Origin: an uncultured bacterium
Lineage (GTDB): Bacteria > Actinomycetota > Acidimicrobiia > Spongiisociales > UBA5794
Assembly: GCA_963801165.1 (NCBI GenBank)
Contig: CAWDDT010000009.1
Span: forward strand, 224,001-288,000
Length of the DNA: 64,000 nucleotides
Reading direction: 5' to 3'
The notes below the pieces were generated by a model that saw nothing but the letters and a program-made list of their open reading frames with translations, searched no databases and was not told the DNA's origin. Position 1 is the stretch's first letter. Every line of letters starts with the position of its first letter. Shown piece by piece: positions 1 to 11,238 of this stretch. The position numbers and the translations under genes are program-made.

Positions 1-204
1 ATCCGGGTGAACGCGGTGGCCCTGGGGGTGATCCTCCCCCCGCCCGGAGAGGACGACGGGTACGTGCAGGCTCTCGCCGAGACGTTGCCGCTGCGCCGGG
101 TGGGAGGCACCGACCCCGTTGTCGCGGCGGGACTCAGCTTGATCCGCAACGACTTCGTCACCGGCGAGATAGTCCGTGTGGACGGCGGTGGTCATCTGGT
201 CTAG
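1..204 (+). CDS. SDR family oxidoreductase, C-terminal part (pteridine reductase-like), truncated by window edge
   Basis: IRVNAVALG...PL.R.G...FVTGEIVRVDGG is a typical SDR C-terminus. Confidence 0.8.
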   Translation: MRVNAVALGVILPPPGEDDGYVQALAETLPLRRVGGTDPVVAAGLSLIRNDFVTGEIVRVDGGGHLV

Positions 205-287
205 GCGTCACCTCTCCTCCGGAGAGGTGACGTTCGAGTTCTGCTGTGCAGAGCTCAGCGGGGCTGCGTGAGGTCGACGTTTGAAAT

Positions 288-1532
288 TCAGGCATCCAGC
301 ATTCGTATGAAGAGGCCGCTGGTGATCTTGGGGAGGAACCAGGTGGATTTCGGGGGCATCACCAGACCACGGTCGGCGATTGCCGCCACCTGATCGATGG
401 TCGTGGGATGGACCAGGAAGAAGACGCTCGGTTGTTCGCCGGCGACTATGTACTCGAGGGGGACCGTGCCCGGTACGTATTCGAGACGCTCGCTGGTGCG
501 GGGATCGCTTATGCCGAGGATGGGCCCGAGGATCAGGTTGTTCAGGATGACGACGTCGAGCGCGGAGTACGGGTCGCCGCCGTCCAACATCTCGTCGGGG
601 ACCGTGAGCCGGTACCACTTGGTTCCGACCCGCATGCCGAAGACACCGGGCCGGTCGGGGCGAGCCGTCTCGGGATCCTGGCTGTGGATCCGCTCCACGT
701 TCATCTGCTCGCTCACCTTCTGGACGAACTCGACATCGCTGAGCCCGTCCAGGTCGGAAACGAGTCGGTTGTACTCGACGAGCTTGAGCTGCTGTGAGGG
801 GTAGATGACTCCCATCATGTAGAAGTAGGGCTCCATGCCGGTCGCGTCGGGATGGTTCGCTGCCGCCTCCCGCGCCAGCGCGGCCCCGGCGGCGGCCCGA
901 TGATGGCCATCGGTGATATATAGGACATCGATGTGGGACAGACACGCCTCCAGCTCTGCACGCTCGCCCGGCGAGTCGACCTTCCACACGGTCTGTTGGA
1001 CCCCGTCCTGCCCGAAGAAATCGAGCATCGGCTCTGCCGACGCCAGCCGGACGATCAACGCGTTCACCCCGGCCTGTTTGTAGGTCAGACACATCGGGTA
1101 GGAGTTGGCGCGGAGCCGGGTAAGGGCACCGATCAGCTGTTCCTCCGCCCCCGGGTGCGTGTGCTCATGCCGTTTGATCAAGCCGCGGTCGTACGCATCG
1201 GATTCGACTTCTGCGACGATTCCGGTTTGGCTGTGTACCCCGTCTGAAACCCGGTACAGGTAGTAGGCGGGATCGTCGTGGTACTCGTATATGCCGCGCT
1301 CGATCATCATGTCGAGCCGGTTCCTTCCCACAGGTGTGGCCAGGTCGGGTTCGTTTCCCTGGGTGGGGATGATGTCGCGCATCACCAGATCAAAGGAAAA
1401 TGGGTTGGTTGCCTCCAGGTCGCGCCAGTAGCCGGCAGGCACGGAAGGCTTCGGCACCACTGCTACCCGGGGGGCGTAGTCTCGAGTGGGCAGGTAGAGC
1501 CGTACCGGCCTGACCAGGGGCCGCTCGATCAT
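288..1532 (-). CDS. DUF1015 family protein
   Basis: IKRHEHT, YITDGHHR and MPPKSTWF.PK..SGL motifs; overlaps the serA stop. Confidence 0.9.
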   Translation of the reverse strand: MIERPLVRPVRLYLPTRDYAPRVAVVPKPSVPAGYWRDLEATNPFSFDLVMRDIIPTQGNEPDLATPVGRNRLDMMIERGIYEYHDDPAYYLYRVSDGVHSQTGIVAEVESDAYDRGLIKRHEHTHPGAEEQLIGALTRLRANSYPMCLTYKQAGVNALIVRLASAEPMLDFFGQDGVQQTVWKVDSPGERAELEACLSHIDVLYITDGHHRAAAGAALAREAAANHPDATGMEPYFYMMGVIYPSQQLKLVEYNRLVSDLDGLSDVEFVQKVSEQMNVERIHSQDPETARPDRPGVFGMRVGTKWYRLTVPDEMLDGGDPYSALDVVILNNLILGPILGISDPRTSERLEYVPGTVPLEYIVAGEQPSVFFLVHPTTIDQVAAIADRGLVMPPKSTWFLPKITSGLFIRMLDA

Positions 1533-2734
1533 CGTCTGCTGACGGAGACAGCGATTACGTCGTCTACCGCCTCCAGCCTGGCGGCTGTCTCGGTGGAAAC
1601 ACCGCCGGTCACGTGGATGAGCGCCGAAGCGGCCGCCCCGCCGGTTAGCACGAAGTTCTCCATGTGCTCCACGTTGAGACCGGCTTCCCGGAGCGTGGTG
1701 AGAACACCGGCGAGCACACCGACCCGGTTCCGATGCCTGATGGTGATTGTCGCCGCTTCGCTTGCCTCGCCCCCCAGGTTCACGCAGTTGAGCAGTCTGC
1801 CGTGGTCAAATGCGTCGATGGCGTCAACCACGGCGTCGGCAATGGCGGTCTGGGCCTGGTCGGTCGATGCCCCGATGTGGTGGGTTCCGTAGACGGAGGG
1901 ATGCTGCGCCAGCTTGGACTCGAATTGGGCATCGCCCCCGGCGGGCTCGTTGCGATATACATCGAGACCGACCCGGAGGTTCTTCTCCTCGATTGCGTCG
2001 AGCAGTGCGTCCTCATCGACGATGCTCCCGCGCGATGTGTTGACGATGACGGTTCCAGGCCGAACCTGTGCCAGCAGCTCTCGTGACACGAGCCCGTCCG
2101 TCTCATGCCCCGCCGGCACGTGGAAGGTGAGGATGTCGCAAGATCCGGCCAGAGCAGCGAGATCCGCTTCGAACCTGACCTCCATGGCGCGAAGCTCGTG
2201 AACCAGCTCCGGGTTCCGGCCGGGCCGGTCGATCACAGCCAGTTCCATGGCGAACGCGTGCGCCCTTCGTGCCACCTCGAGCCCGATGGCTCCGAGACCG
2301 ACGATACCCAGGGACCGCCCGGCGAGACCGCTGGTTTGCCCGTAGCGCTTCTTGTGCCACTCACCGTTGCGGAGGTCCCGTACCTGGTCGGGAATGTTGC
2401 GGTCGATGGCGAGGATCAGACCGAGAGTGAGCTCGGCGACCGCCACCGAGTTCTTGCCGGGCGTGTTGCAGACAAAAACCCCCTTCGAGGCGGCGTGTTC
2501 GATTTCGATCGTGTTGACTCCCGCCCCGGCGCGGAGCACGAGCCCGAGCCGATCACCGGCATCGATGGTCACAGCAGTGACCTTTGTCGAGCGGACCACC
2601 AGCACCTCGAAGCCGGGTATGACCCCCGGGAGGTCGTCGGCGGTAAGCCCGGGATCGAGCGTCACCTGGTGTCCGAGGTCGCCGAGCCTGGCGAGGTGGG
2701 TCTCAGAGAATTTGTCGGCGATCAAAACCTTCAC
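1529..2734 (-). CDS. serA: D-3-phosphoglycerate dehydrogenase-like 2-hydroxyacid dehydrogenase with C-terminal ACT domain
   Basis: RAGAGVNTI, N.PG.N..AVAE, GLGAIG, N.SRG, HIGAST motifs; ACT motif H.NRVGVLA. Confidence 0.8.
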   Translation of the reverse strand: MKVLIADKFSETHLARLGDLGHQVTLDPGLTADDLPGVIPGFEVLVVRSTKVTAVTIDAGDRLGLVLRAGAGVNTIEIEHAASKGVFVCNTPGKNSVAVAELTLGLILAIDRNIPDQVRDLRNGEWHKKRYGQTSGLAGRSLGIVGLGAIGLEVARRAHAFAMELAVIDRPGRNPELVHELRAMEVRFEADLAALAGSCDILTFHVPAGHETDGLVSRELLAQVRPGTVIVNTSRGSIVDEDALLDAIEEKNLRVGLDVYRNEPAGGDAQFESKLAQHPSVYGTHHIGASTDQAQTAIADAVVDAIDAFDHGRLLNCVNLGGEASEAATITIRHRNRVGVLAGVLTTLREAGLNVEHMENFVLTGGAAASALIHVTGGVSTETAARLEAVDDVIAVSVSRR

Positions 2735-2878
2735 AGCAATCCTCCCGATGTCGGGGTGGTGCGCCGGGGTGGCGCGCTCACCATCTTTACACTTTGTTCA
2801 ACAAGTGCCCAGTTGGCTCATCGCGGACGCCGAATCCGTGGCCGCCGGCGGTACTGTTGGTGACGGGCCCGGTTTACA

Positions 2879-3286
2879 ATGGTGATATGGGCAATCACCC
2901 CGGGAGCCCTTGTTGTCGTCTACGACGGAGAGTGTCTGCTCTGCCGCAGATCCATGCATTGGCTCCAGGCTCGAAGCACCTATGTAGACGTTGTGCCGGT
3001 GCCGGCGGCCAGACCGGATATCGCCGCCGCACACGGTGACAAGCCGGGCTATGGCGACAACATCATGGTGATAGCCGACGACGGGCGTTTTTGGGCCGGA
3101 CCCCCCGATGCCTATCTGGTCGTCATGTGGGCGGTTCGGGGGCTGCGAGCGGCGTCGTACCTGCTCTCGCTGCCTATCCTCAAAGCGCTGACGAACCGGG
3201 TGTTCCAGTGGGTCGCCGGCAACAAATATGCGTTCAACCAGCACAGCGAAGACGTGTGCGCCAGCCGCTTTGCCGTGACGGTATAG
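2879..3286 (+). CDS. DCC1/DUF393 thiol-disulfide oxidoreductase family
   Basis: YDGECLLC (DxxCxxC) motif; true start may be the leaderless ATG at 2887 with a 1-nt indel near 2900. Confidence 0.7.
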   Translation: MVIWAITPGALVVVYDGECLLCRRSMHWLQARSTYVDVVPVPAARPDIAAAHGDKPGYGDNIMVIADDGRFWAGPPDAYLVVMWAVRGLRAASYLLSLPILKALTNRVFQWVAGNKYAFNQHSEDVCASRFAVTV

Positions 3287-3322
3287 GGGCTCGTGACCGA
3301 GCCCGCCTGGGAGGGTTTCTAA

Positions 3323-4069
3323 ATGAGTGACAGAGAGCGAGTTCGCGTCGAGGTCGGTGGCCGCCGTGTCCGCGTCTATCTGGCCGGCCAACTGGTTGCC
3401 GACACGAAGCGACCGCTGCTGGTCTGGGAGAAGCCCTATTACCCGGTCTACTACTTTCCCCTGGACGATGTTGTCGCCGAACTCACCCCAACCGGTGAGA
3501 GGCTGAGGTCCCCCAGCCGTGGGGAGGGCACGCTCCTCACTGTGTCGGTCCCCGGGGCCAGGGCCGATGGCGCCGCCTACCGGCATGTCGATTCACCGGT
3601 CGAGGAGGTGCGCGGCCACGTTGCGTTCCGGTGGGACGCGATGGACTCGTGGTTCGAGGAGGATGAAGAGGTCTACATCCATGCTCGCAACCCCTACACC
3701 CGGGTAGACATCCTGCAGAGCAGTCGCCATGTGCGGGTCGAGATCGATGGTGTGACCGTCGCCGAGACGTCCATGCCGCGACTGCTCTTCGAGACGAGTC
3801 TGCCGACCCGGTACTACTTCCCCAAGACCGACGTCCAGATGGATCTTCTCGAGGAGTCGGATCTGCACACCGGATGTCCTTACAAGGGCACCGCCAGCTA
3901 CTACCACCTTGTGCTCAGTGGCAAGCGCTACGACGACCTCGTCTGGTGGTACCCGTTCCCTGCCCGGGAAAGCGAGCACATCGCCGGGTACGTTGCGTTC
4001 TACAACGAGAAGGTGGACATCTACGTCGACGGCGAGCTCGAGACACGCCCGCACACGGTGTTCTCTTAG
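3323..4069 (+). CDS. Tandem DUF427 domain protein
   Basis: Two repeats: LLVWE..YYPVYYFP and LLFETSLPTRYYFP, plus CPYKG.ASY. Confidence 0.9.
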   Translation: MSDRERVRVEVGGRRVRVYLAGQLVADTKRPLLVWEKPYYPVYYFPLDDVVAELTPTGERLRSPSRGEGTLLTVSVPGARADGAAYRHVDSPVEEVRGHVAFRWDAMDSWFEEDEEVYIHARNPYTRVDILQSSRHVRVEIDGVTVAETSMPRLLFETSLPTRYYFPKTDVQMDLLEESDLHTGCPYKGTASYYHLVLSGKRYDDLVWWYPFPARESEHIAGYVAFYNEKVDIYVDGELETRPHTVFS

Positions 4070-4105
4070 CCTGCCGACAATCTGCAACCGTGGCTTCAGG
4101 TTTAG

Positions 4106-5406
<1,301 letters not shown>

Positions 5407-5410
<4 letters not shown>

Positions 5411-7617
5411 GGCCGGCCGTCCTCGCCGGTGAGGGCATCGAGGATGTCCTCCGGTCTGATCGGGAACCGATCGAAGCGTTTCCCGATGGCGGCTGCGATC
5501 GCATTGGCAATCGCCGGGGCCATGGGCGCCAGCCCCAGCTCGGCGATCCCACGCACGCCGAGCGGGTTGGTGTCAGCGGGCGTCTCGACAAGCGTCACCG
5601 TGACCGCTCCGGTTGGTATGTCGGGCGCCGTCGGGATGATGTAGCTGGCCAACCTCGTGTTGACCGGGACCCCGTTCTCGTAGACAACGTCTTCGAAGAG
5701 GGCGAATCCGATGCCCTGCGCTACGGCACCCTCGACCTGCGAGCGAACCGCGGCGGGGTTGATGGCCCGCCCCGGATCGATGACCGCGTCTATCGAGACG
5801 AGACGGACGGCTCCCGTGAAGACATCGACGTCGAGACACACCTCGACGACGCCGACGGCGTATCCGTAGTGGAGTAGCCCGGGTTGTGGAGACCCGGCGT
5901 CCGTGTTCGGCTGGAAGCTTGCCTCGACCGTCATCGCGCCCGCGAATGCGGCCACCTCTTCGAGCGACAGCACGCGGTCACCCGCCGTCACGCCGGCGTC
6001 GGTGAGGGTGACGTCGTCGGCAGGGACATCGAGCTTCTCGGCGGCGGCGGCGCACACCAGCTCGCGTAGCTGGAGCGCGGCCGCCCGTACCGCGTTCCCT
6101 ACGATGAACGAGCTGCGGGATGCGTTGCTCGACCCGGTGTCGCTCGATCGGGAGTCACCGGAGTGCACGAGGACCGAGCCGGCGGGAACGCCAAGAGCGT
6201 CGCCGAGGAGCATGGCATACGATGTATGCACACCGGTGCCCATGTCTGGCGAGCTGACCTCGACCTCGACATCGCCCGAGTCGGTGAGCCGGGCGACGAC
6301 GGTCGCTCCCGCCTCGACGCCGATACCGAGCCCGTAGCCCTGGGTCACCATGGCCAGCCCGACACCGCGCTTGTAGCCGGGCGGTGCGTCATCCGGGCGT
6401 TCGCTCCACCCGGCGGCAACGTCGAGGACGCGTTGGGCGGAGTCGGGGTCAACCCGGAGCATCCCGCCGACCCCGGTGGAATGGCGGGACGACAGGTTGC
6501 GCCGTCGCACCTCGATCGGGTCGAGCCCGGCGGCGGTCGCGATCATGTCGAGGTGCTGCTCCAAACCGGCCAGCATTTGCGGGTTGCCGAATCCGCGGAA
6601 GGCGCTGGAGATGCCGTTGTTGGTAAACACGGCCTTCCCGTCGACGCGGACAACGGGGATCGCGTAGCCGCCTGCGGTGTGCTCGGCGGCGAGCGCGATC
6701 ACCGCAGGGCTGAGCGCGGTATAGGCGCCGGCGTCCGCCACGAACCGCACATCGAGTGCATGGATGCGCCCGTCGCTGTCGGCACCGGAGCGATAGGTCA
6801 CCCGGAACGGATGTCGTTTGTATCCGGCGATGAGCGACTCGGTACGGTCGTAGACGTAGCGGCACGGCCGGCCGGTTGCCTGCACAGCAAGGGCAAGCGG
6901 GATTTGGACGGAGGCGTCTTCCTTGCCGCCGAACGCACCACCGGATGGAGCGTTGATCACCCTGACATCGCCGGGGGCAACGCCGAGCGCCGCGGCGACC
7001 TGGCCCTGATCGACGAGCGGGTTCTGCCCGCCGGCGACTACGGTGATCCGGCCGTCCTCGAACCATGCCGCCCCGCCTTCGACCTCGAGGAAGGCGTGTT
7101 CCTGGCGTGGGGTGACGTAGGTGGTCTCGTGGACGAGAGCGCACGCGGCGAGGGCGGCTTCGACTTCTTCCGGGCCGGGCCCGAGGGTCACGGAGGCACA
7201 CAGATTGCCGCCGGCGTGCAGTGAAGGTGCGTCCGGCCCGAGGGCCGTGGCCGGGTCGGCCACGACGGGGAGCGGATCGAGCTCGACGGTCAGGGCGGCG
7301 ATCCCGGCCCGAACGGCCGGTTCGGACTCGGCAACGATCAGGGCTACCGGATCCCCGACCCGTCTGACTACCTCGTCACAGAGGATGGGCTGGTCCGCGA
7401 CCAGGATCCCATAGTGGCGGGCCGCAGGGAGGTCGGCTGCGAGCATGACGGCGATCACGCCGGGGACGGCCCGTGCCGGCCCGGCGTCGATCCTGCGGAT
7501 GACGGCATGAGGGAGCGGCGAGCGCACCAGCTTGACCCACAGCATGCCGGGACGGGCGTAGTCGGTGGGAAAGCGGTGGCTCCCCGACAGCTTGGCGGCG
7601 GCATCGATCCGGGCCAC
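5407..7617 (-). CDS. Xanthine dehydrogenase-family molybdopterin-binding subunit
   Basis: QEHAFLE, GGAFGGKE, AFRGFGNPQ, G.RGIAE; GTG start at 7617 with GGAGG RBS. Confidence 0.9.
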
Positions 7618-7661
7618 GGCATACCTCCGTTGTTGTCCGTCCGGTGAACCTCGCAGTATCG

Positions 7662-8600
7662 CTACTCGCGGACGAACACCTGGCCGCTGCCGGACGGGGA
7701 GGCGTTTGCCAGGAAGTTGCGCCAGCGCGGGTAGCGGTCTCCGAGGTGGTGGAACCACTCGGTGTTGATCAGCGTGATCATCAGGATCATCAACAGGAAA
7801 GGAAGCTGGGTGAGCACCTGGACCCAATCGGGGAACTGCGCCTGGAACTGACCTGCCACGTAGAGGAGACCCCGGTACAGGTAACAGGCCATGGCCACGC
7901 GGTAGGGATGCCACCCGCCGAAGATGACGAAGGCGAGCGCGATCCACCCCAGGTTGGTGGTCAGGTTCTCCCGCCATCCGGCGATCTGGTCGAGCGACAC
8001 GGCGGCTCCGGCAACGCCGACGAGAGCGCCGCCGACGATCGTGTACAGATAGCGGAGCCGGTTCACCTGGATACCACGGGCAAACGCCGCTTCGGGGCGC
8101 TCGCCGACACCCTGCAGGATCAATCCGTGTCTGGTCCGGTAGATGAACCAGTAGCAGAGGAAGATGGCAATGTAGCTTCCATACACCGACAGGTTGTGCT
8201 GGAAGAACACCTCACCGAAGAAGGGGATCTTCGAGAGCAGCGGGATATTCCACGACGGGACCTTTGGGCCGTTGACGCCGACGTACGAGTTTCCGAGGAA
8301 CAGGGCGAGTTGTCTGGCGAAGAGGAACAACACGAACCCGACCGCGATCTGGTTGAGTCGCAACTCGATGCTGGAGAACGCGACGATGGCCGCGACGGCC
8401 ACCCCTACAACAATGGCAGCGAGGAAACCCACGATCACACTGCCGGATACGTACGCCGCGGCAAAGCCGGTCATCGCGGAGAGGAGGATGCTGCCGTCGA
8501 GCGAGAGGTTGATGACGCCCGCCCTCTCAGAGAGAGTCTCCCCGATTGTGGCGTATACCAGCGGGCTGGCGGCAGCGATGATGCCTGCGAGTACTCCCAT
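7662..8600 (-). CDS. ABC transporter permease (nucleoside/BMP type)
   Basis: GE.LSERAGVINL, GWIALAFVIFGGW; ATG at 8600. Confidence 0.9.
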   Translation of the reverse strand: MGVLAGIIAAASPLVYATIGETLSERAGVINLSLDGSILLSAMTGFAAAYVSGSVIVGFLAAIVVGVAVAAIVAFSSIELRLNQIAVGFVLFLFARQLALFLGNSYVGVNGPKVPSWNIPLLSKIPFFGEVFFQHNLSVYGSYIAIFLCYWFIYRTRHGLILQGVGERPEAAFARGIQVNRLRYLYTIVGGALVGVAGAAVSLDQIAGWRENLTTNLGWIALAFVIFGGWHPYRVAMACYLYRGLLYVAGQFQAQFPDWVQVLTQLPFLLMILMITLINTEWFHHLGDRYPRWRNFLANASPSGSGQVFVRE

Positions 8601-8601
8601 G

Positions 8602-9681
8602 TCAGTCGGGTCCTCCCCCGGATTTAGGTGCGATGAGCGATTCGATAACCGCTCCGCCACCGCGGCGCGTTCGGCGTGCTTGCCATCCGCCGACGAGCAA
8701 TATGAATAGGACCAGCATTCCCTGGATGACACCCGCAAGTGACGAGTCGATGTCGAGGCGGAGCGACAACTGGGTACTGCCGACCAGAACGGCGGAGAAG
8801 AACAGGGCGATCGGGATGGTCCATACGGTCCGGAAGCCGGCGAGCAGGACCACGAGGATGGCGAGGAAGCCATAGCCTCCGGAGACGGAGGGGACGAGCT
8901 TGTGGTGGAAGCCAAGCGCCTGGACGGTGCCGGCGATACCGGCGAGCGCACCGCAGACGGCGAACGCCGAGAGCATGAACGCGTCGGTGCGGATCCCCAT
9001 CAGGTAGGCACTCTCGCTGTTCTTGCCGACTGCCTTGAGACGCAATCCGTAGCGGGTGCCACGCATCAGCACGGCGATCATGGCCACTGCGAGGAGGGCG
9101 ACCAGGATCGCCAGCCAGGAGTAGCCGTTGGCTCCTGCAGTCGGCAGCCAATAGCGGGTGTCGAACGGGTCGGTGCCGCTGGTGGATGCGATGCCCGCCC
9201 GCGACCACGGGCCGATGATGAGGAACACGGCAATGGCTCCTGCGACGAAGTCGAGGGCAACACCGGAGAAGATCTCATGCACCCTGAACCGGGTGCGGAG
9301 GAATCCGGGGATAAGCGCCCAGATGATCCCAAACAGGGCGCCGGACACAAAGGCGAGGAAGATGACGATGGCTGCGGGCCCGGAGATGCGGCGTACTACC
9401 CAGGCGGCGCCGATGGCACCCATCACGATCTGCCCCTCGATCCCGATGTTCCACATTCCTGCCTGGAAGGTGACGATGAGACCGGCGGCGGCGAGTACCA
9501 GTGGTACCCACGTGATCAGAGTGTCAGGAATCTTGGCGGCCCTTCCCAGGGAGCCGTTCCATAGTTGGTAGAGGGCCTCGAGCGGTGGGGCACTGACGGC
9601 TATCAGGAGCAGCAATGTTGCCACCAACGCCAGCGCTATCGACAGGGCAGGCACCCGGACACGTTCTAGCCAGGCCTTCAT
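8602..9681 (-). CDS. ABC transporter permease (nucleoside/BMP type)
   Basis: WNIGIEGQ, GYGFLAILVVLL; multiple TM segments. Confidence 0.9.
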   Translation of the reverse strand: MKAWLERVRVPALSIALALVATLLLLIAVSAPPLEALYQLWNGSLGRAAKIPDTLITWVPLVLAAAGLIVTFQAGMWNIGIEGQIVMGAIGAAWVVRRISGPAAIVIFLAFVSGALFGIIWALIPGFLRTRFRVHEIFSGVALDFVAGAIAVFLIIGPWSRAGIASTSGTDPFDTRYWLPTAGANGYSWLAILVALLAVAMIAVLMRGTRYGLRLKAVGKNSESAYLMGIRTDAFMLSAFAVCGALAGIAGTVQALGFHHKLVPSVSGGYGFLAILVVLLAGFRTVWTIPIALFFSAVLVGSTQLSLRLDIDSSLAGVIQGMLVLFILLVGGWQARRTRRGGGAVIESLIAPKSGGGPD

Positions 9682-11147
9682 ACGGTCACCTTCTTGCCCC
9701 CGATCAGGTATCCGAGCTGATCAGGGGTGGTGGTTGCGGCGTCAACGACGGCGAATACGGTGCCGTTGAAGAAGACCGCGATGCGGTCGCTGTACCGCAA
9801 CAGCTCGTCGAGATCCGCAGAAGCGAAGATGATCGCGGTTCCGGAATCGCGCCGGGCGAGCAACTGAGTCCAGACCCAGTCGGCAGATTCGATGTCGAGC
9901 CCGCGGGTGGGATGCTCCATCAATAGCAGCTCGATCTCATCGGGCATCATCGCCAGCAGCAGCCGTTGCTGGTTGCCGCCGGACAGCGACTCTGCGGTGG
10001 AGTCTTTGGTTCCCTTGATGAAATGATCGGCGATGTCGCTGGTGGCGGTGTCGGCAGCATTGTCCCAGTCGACGAAGAACGACTTGCGCCCGCTTACCAG
10101 TTCGAAATGCTCGGTGATTGTCATGCCGGCAACGAGACCCTCCTCGAGCCTTCCCGCCGGCAAGTAGTGGACCCCGGAGCGGAGGAAGGTTCGGTAGCCC
10201 TTCCCGGTCAGGTCGGTCCCGTTGAGATGGATTGTTCCTTGATCCGGTCGCAGCAGCCCGGTACACGCCTGCAGGAACGTCCGCTGCCCGCTGCCCTCCA
10301 GCCCGGCGAGACCCAGAACCTCACCCTCGGCCACTTGCATGCTCAAGTCGGTGACGGTGGTGAGACGGTCGCGGACGGTCAGCTGGTCGAGGGACAAGGC
10401 GGTTGCACCGAGAGTTGCAGCGGGCCGCTCGCCCGCCACGACCACCTCACCGAACATCATCTCGACCAGACGATCGGTGGTGAACGGCGCCTTGATATGG
10501 CCGATGACCTGTCCTCTGCGCATCACAGTGACGCGGTGGCAGAGCTGCTCGATCTCTTCGAGCTTGTGCGAAACGAAGATGACGATCATTCCCTCGTCCG
10601 ACAACCGGCGCAGGATCTCAAACAGCTTTTCCCGCTGGGACGCCGAGATGCCCGTCGTCGGCTCGTCGAGGATCAGGACGCGGGCGCCCAGCCACAACAG
10701 CCGGGCGATCTCGAGTTGTTGGCGTTCCCCGACCGTCAGCGATTGTGCCAGTGCGGCCGGGTCGAACGTGAAGCCGTAACGCTCCGCCGCCGCCTGGAGA
10801 GCCTTTGCGCCCTCTTTGCGATCCAGCCGGACTTTGCCCGGCCCGCCGAGCAGAAAGTTGTCGAGGACGGTGAAGGGCAGGAACACGAGGGGATCCTGAT
10901 GCAGCATCCCGATGCCTGCCTTGATGGCATCGTCCGGTGATTTGAGGTTGAGGGTGTTGTCGTCGAGGACCACCTCGCCGGAGTCGGCCTCGATAAAGCC
11001 CGAGAGGACCTTCATCAGAGTCGATTTTCCGGCGCCGTTCTCTCCGAGCAACCCGTGGAGCTCACCCGCCTCGACGTCGATAGAGATGCCGTCATTGGCG
11101 CGTACCGCTCCGAAGTGCTTGTGGATGTCGCGAAGGGAAAGAGCCAC
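9678..11147 (-). CDS. ABC transporter ATP-binding protein with two NBDs (CUT2/nucleoside type)
   Basis: GENGAGKST, LILDEPT, LSGGNQQ. Confidence 0.92.
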   Translation of the reverse strand: MALSLRDIHKHFGAVRANDGISIDVEAGELHGLLGENGAGKSTLMKVLSGFIEADSGEVVLDDNTLNLKSPDDAIKAGIGMLHQDPLVFLPFTVLDNFLLGGPGKVRLDRKEGAKALQAAAERYGFTFDPAALAQSLTVGERQQLEIARLLWLGARVLILDEPTTGISASQREKLFEILRRLSDEGMIVIFVSHKLEEIEQLCHRVTVMRRGQVIGHIKAPFTTDRLVEMMFGEVVVAGERPAATLGATALSLDQLTVRDRLTTVTDLSMQVAEGEVLGLAGLEGSGQRTFLQACTGLLRPDQGTIHLNGTDLTGKGYRTFLRSGVHYLPAGRLEEGLVAGMTITEHFELVSGRKSFFVDWDNAADTATSDIADHFIKGTKDSTAESLSGGNQQRLLLAMMPDEIELLLMEHPTRGLDIESADWVWTQLLARRDSGTAIIFASADLDELLRYSDRIAVFFNGTVFAVVDAATTTPDQLGYLIGGKKVTV

Positions 11148-11170
11148 CAGACGATGCTAACCGTTAATAG

Positions 11171-11201
11171 GGGGCAGGTGCCGGAATCCGGCACCTGCCC
11201 C
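11171..11201. terminator. Perfect GC-rich inverted repeat after the BMP gene (terminator, mRNA stabiliser or REP-like)
   Basis: GGGGCAGGTGCCGGA-A-TCCGGCACCTGCCCC; the downstream ATPase has its own TAGCAT-N6-GTG. Confidence 0.6.
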
Positions 11202-11238
11202 GCTCGAATGTGGTCGTGGTCGCATCGACCTACCCCTG

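Noticed and set aside
2869-2881. 13-bp match CCGGTTTACAATG shared with 12702-12714 (minus strand)
   Set aside because: Mostly explained by a common -10 hexamer; two instances are insufficient for a regulon claim
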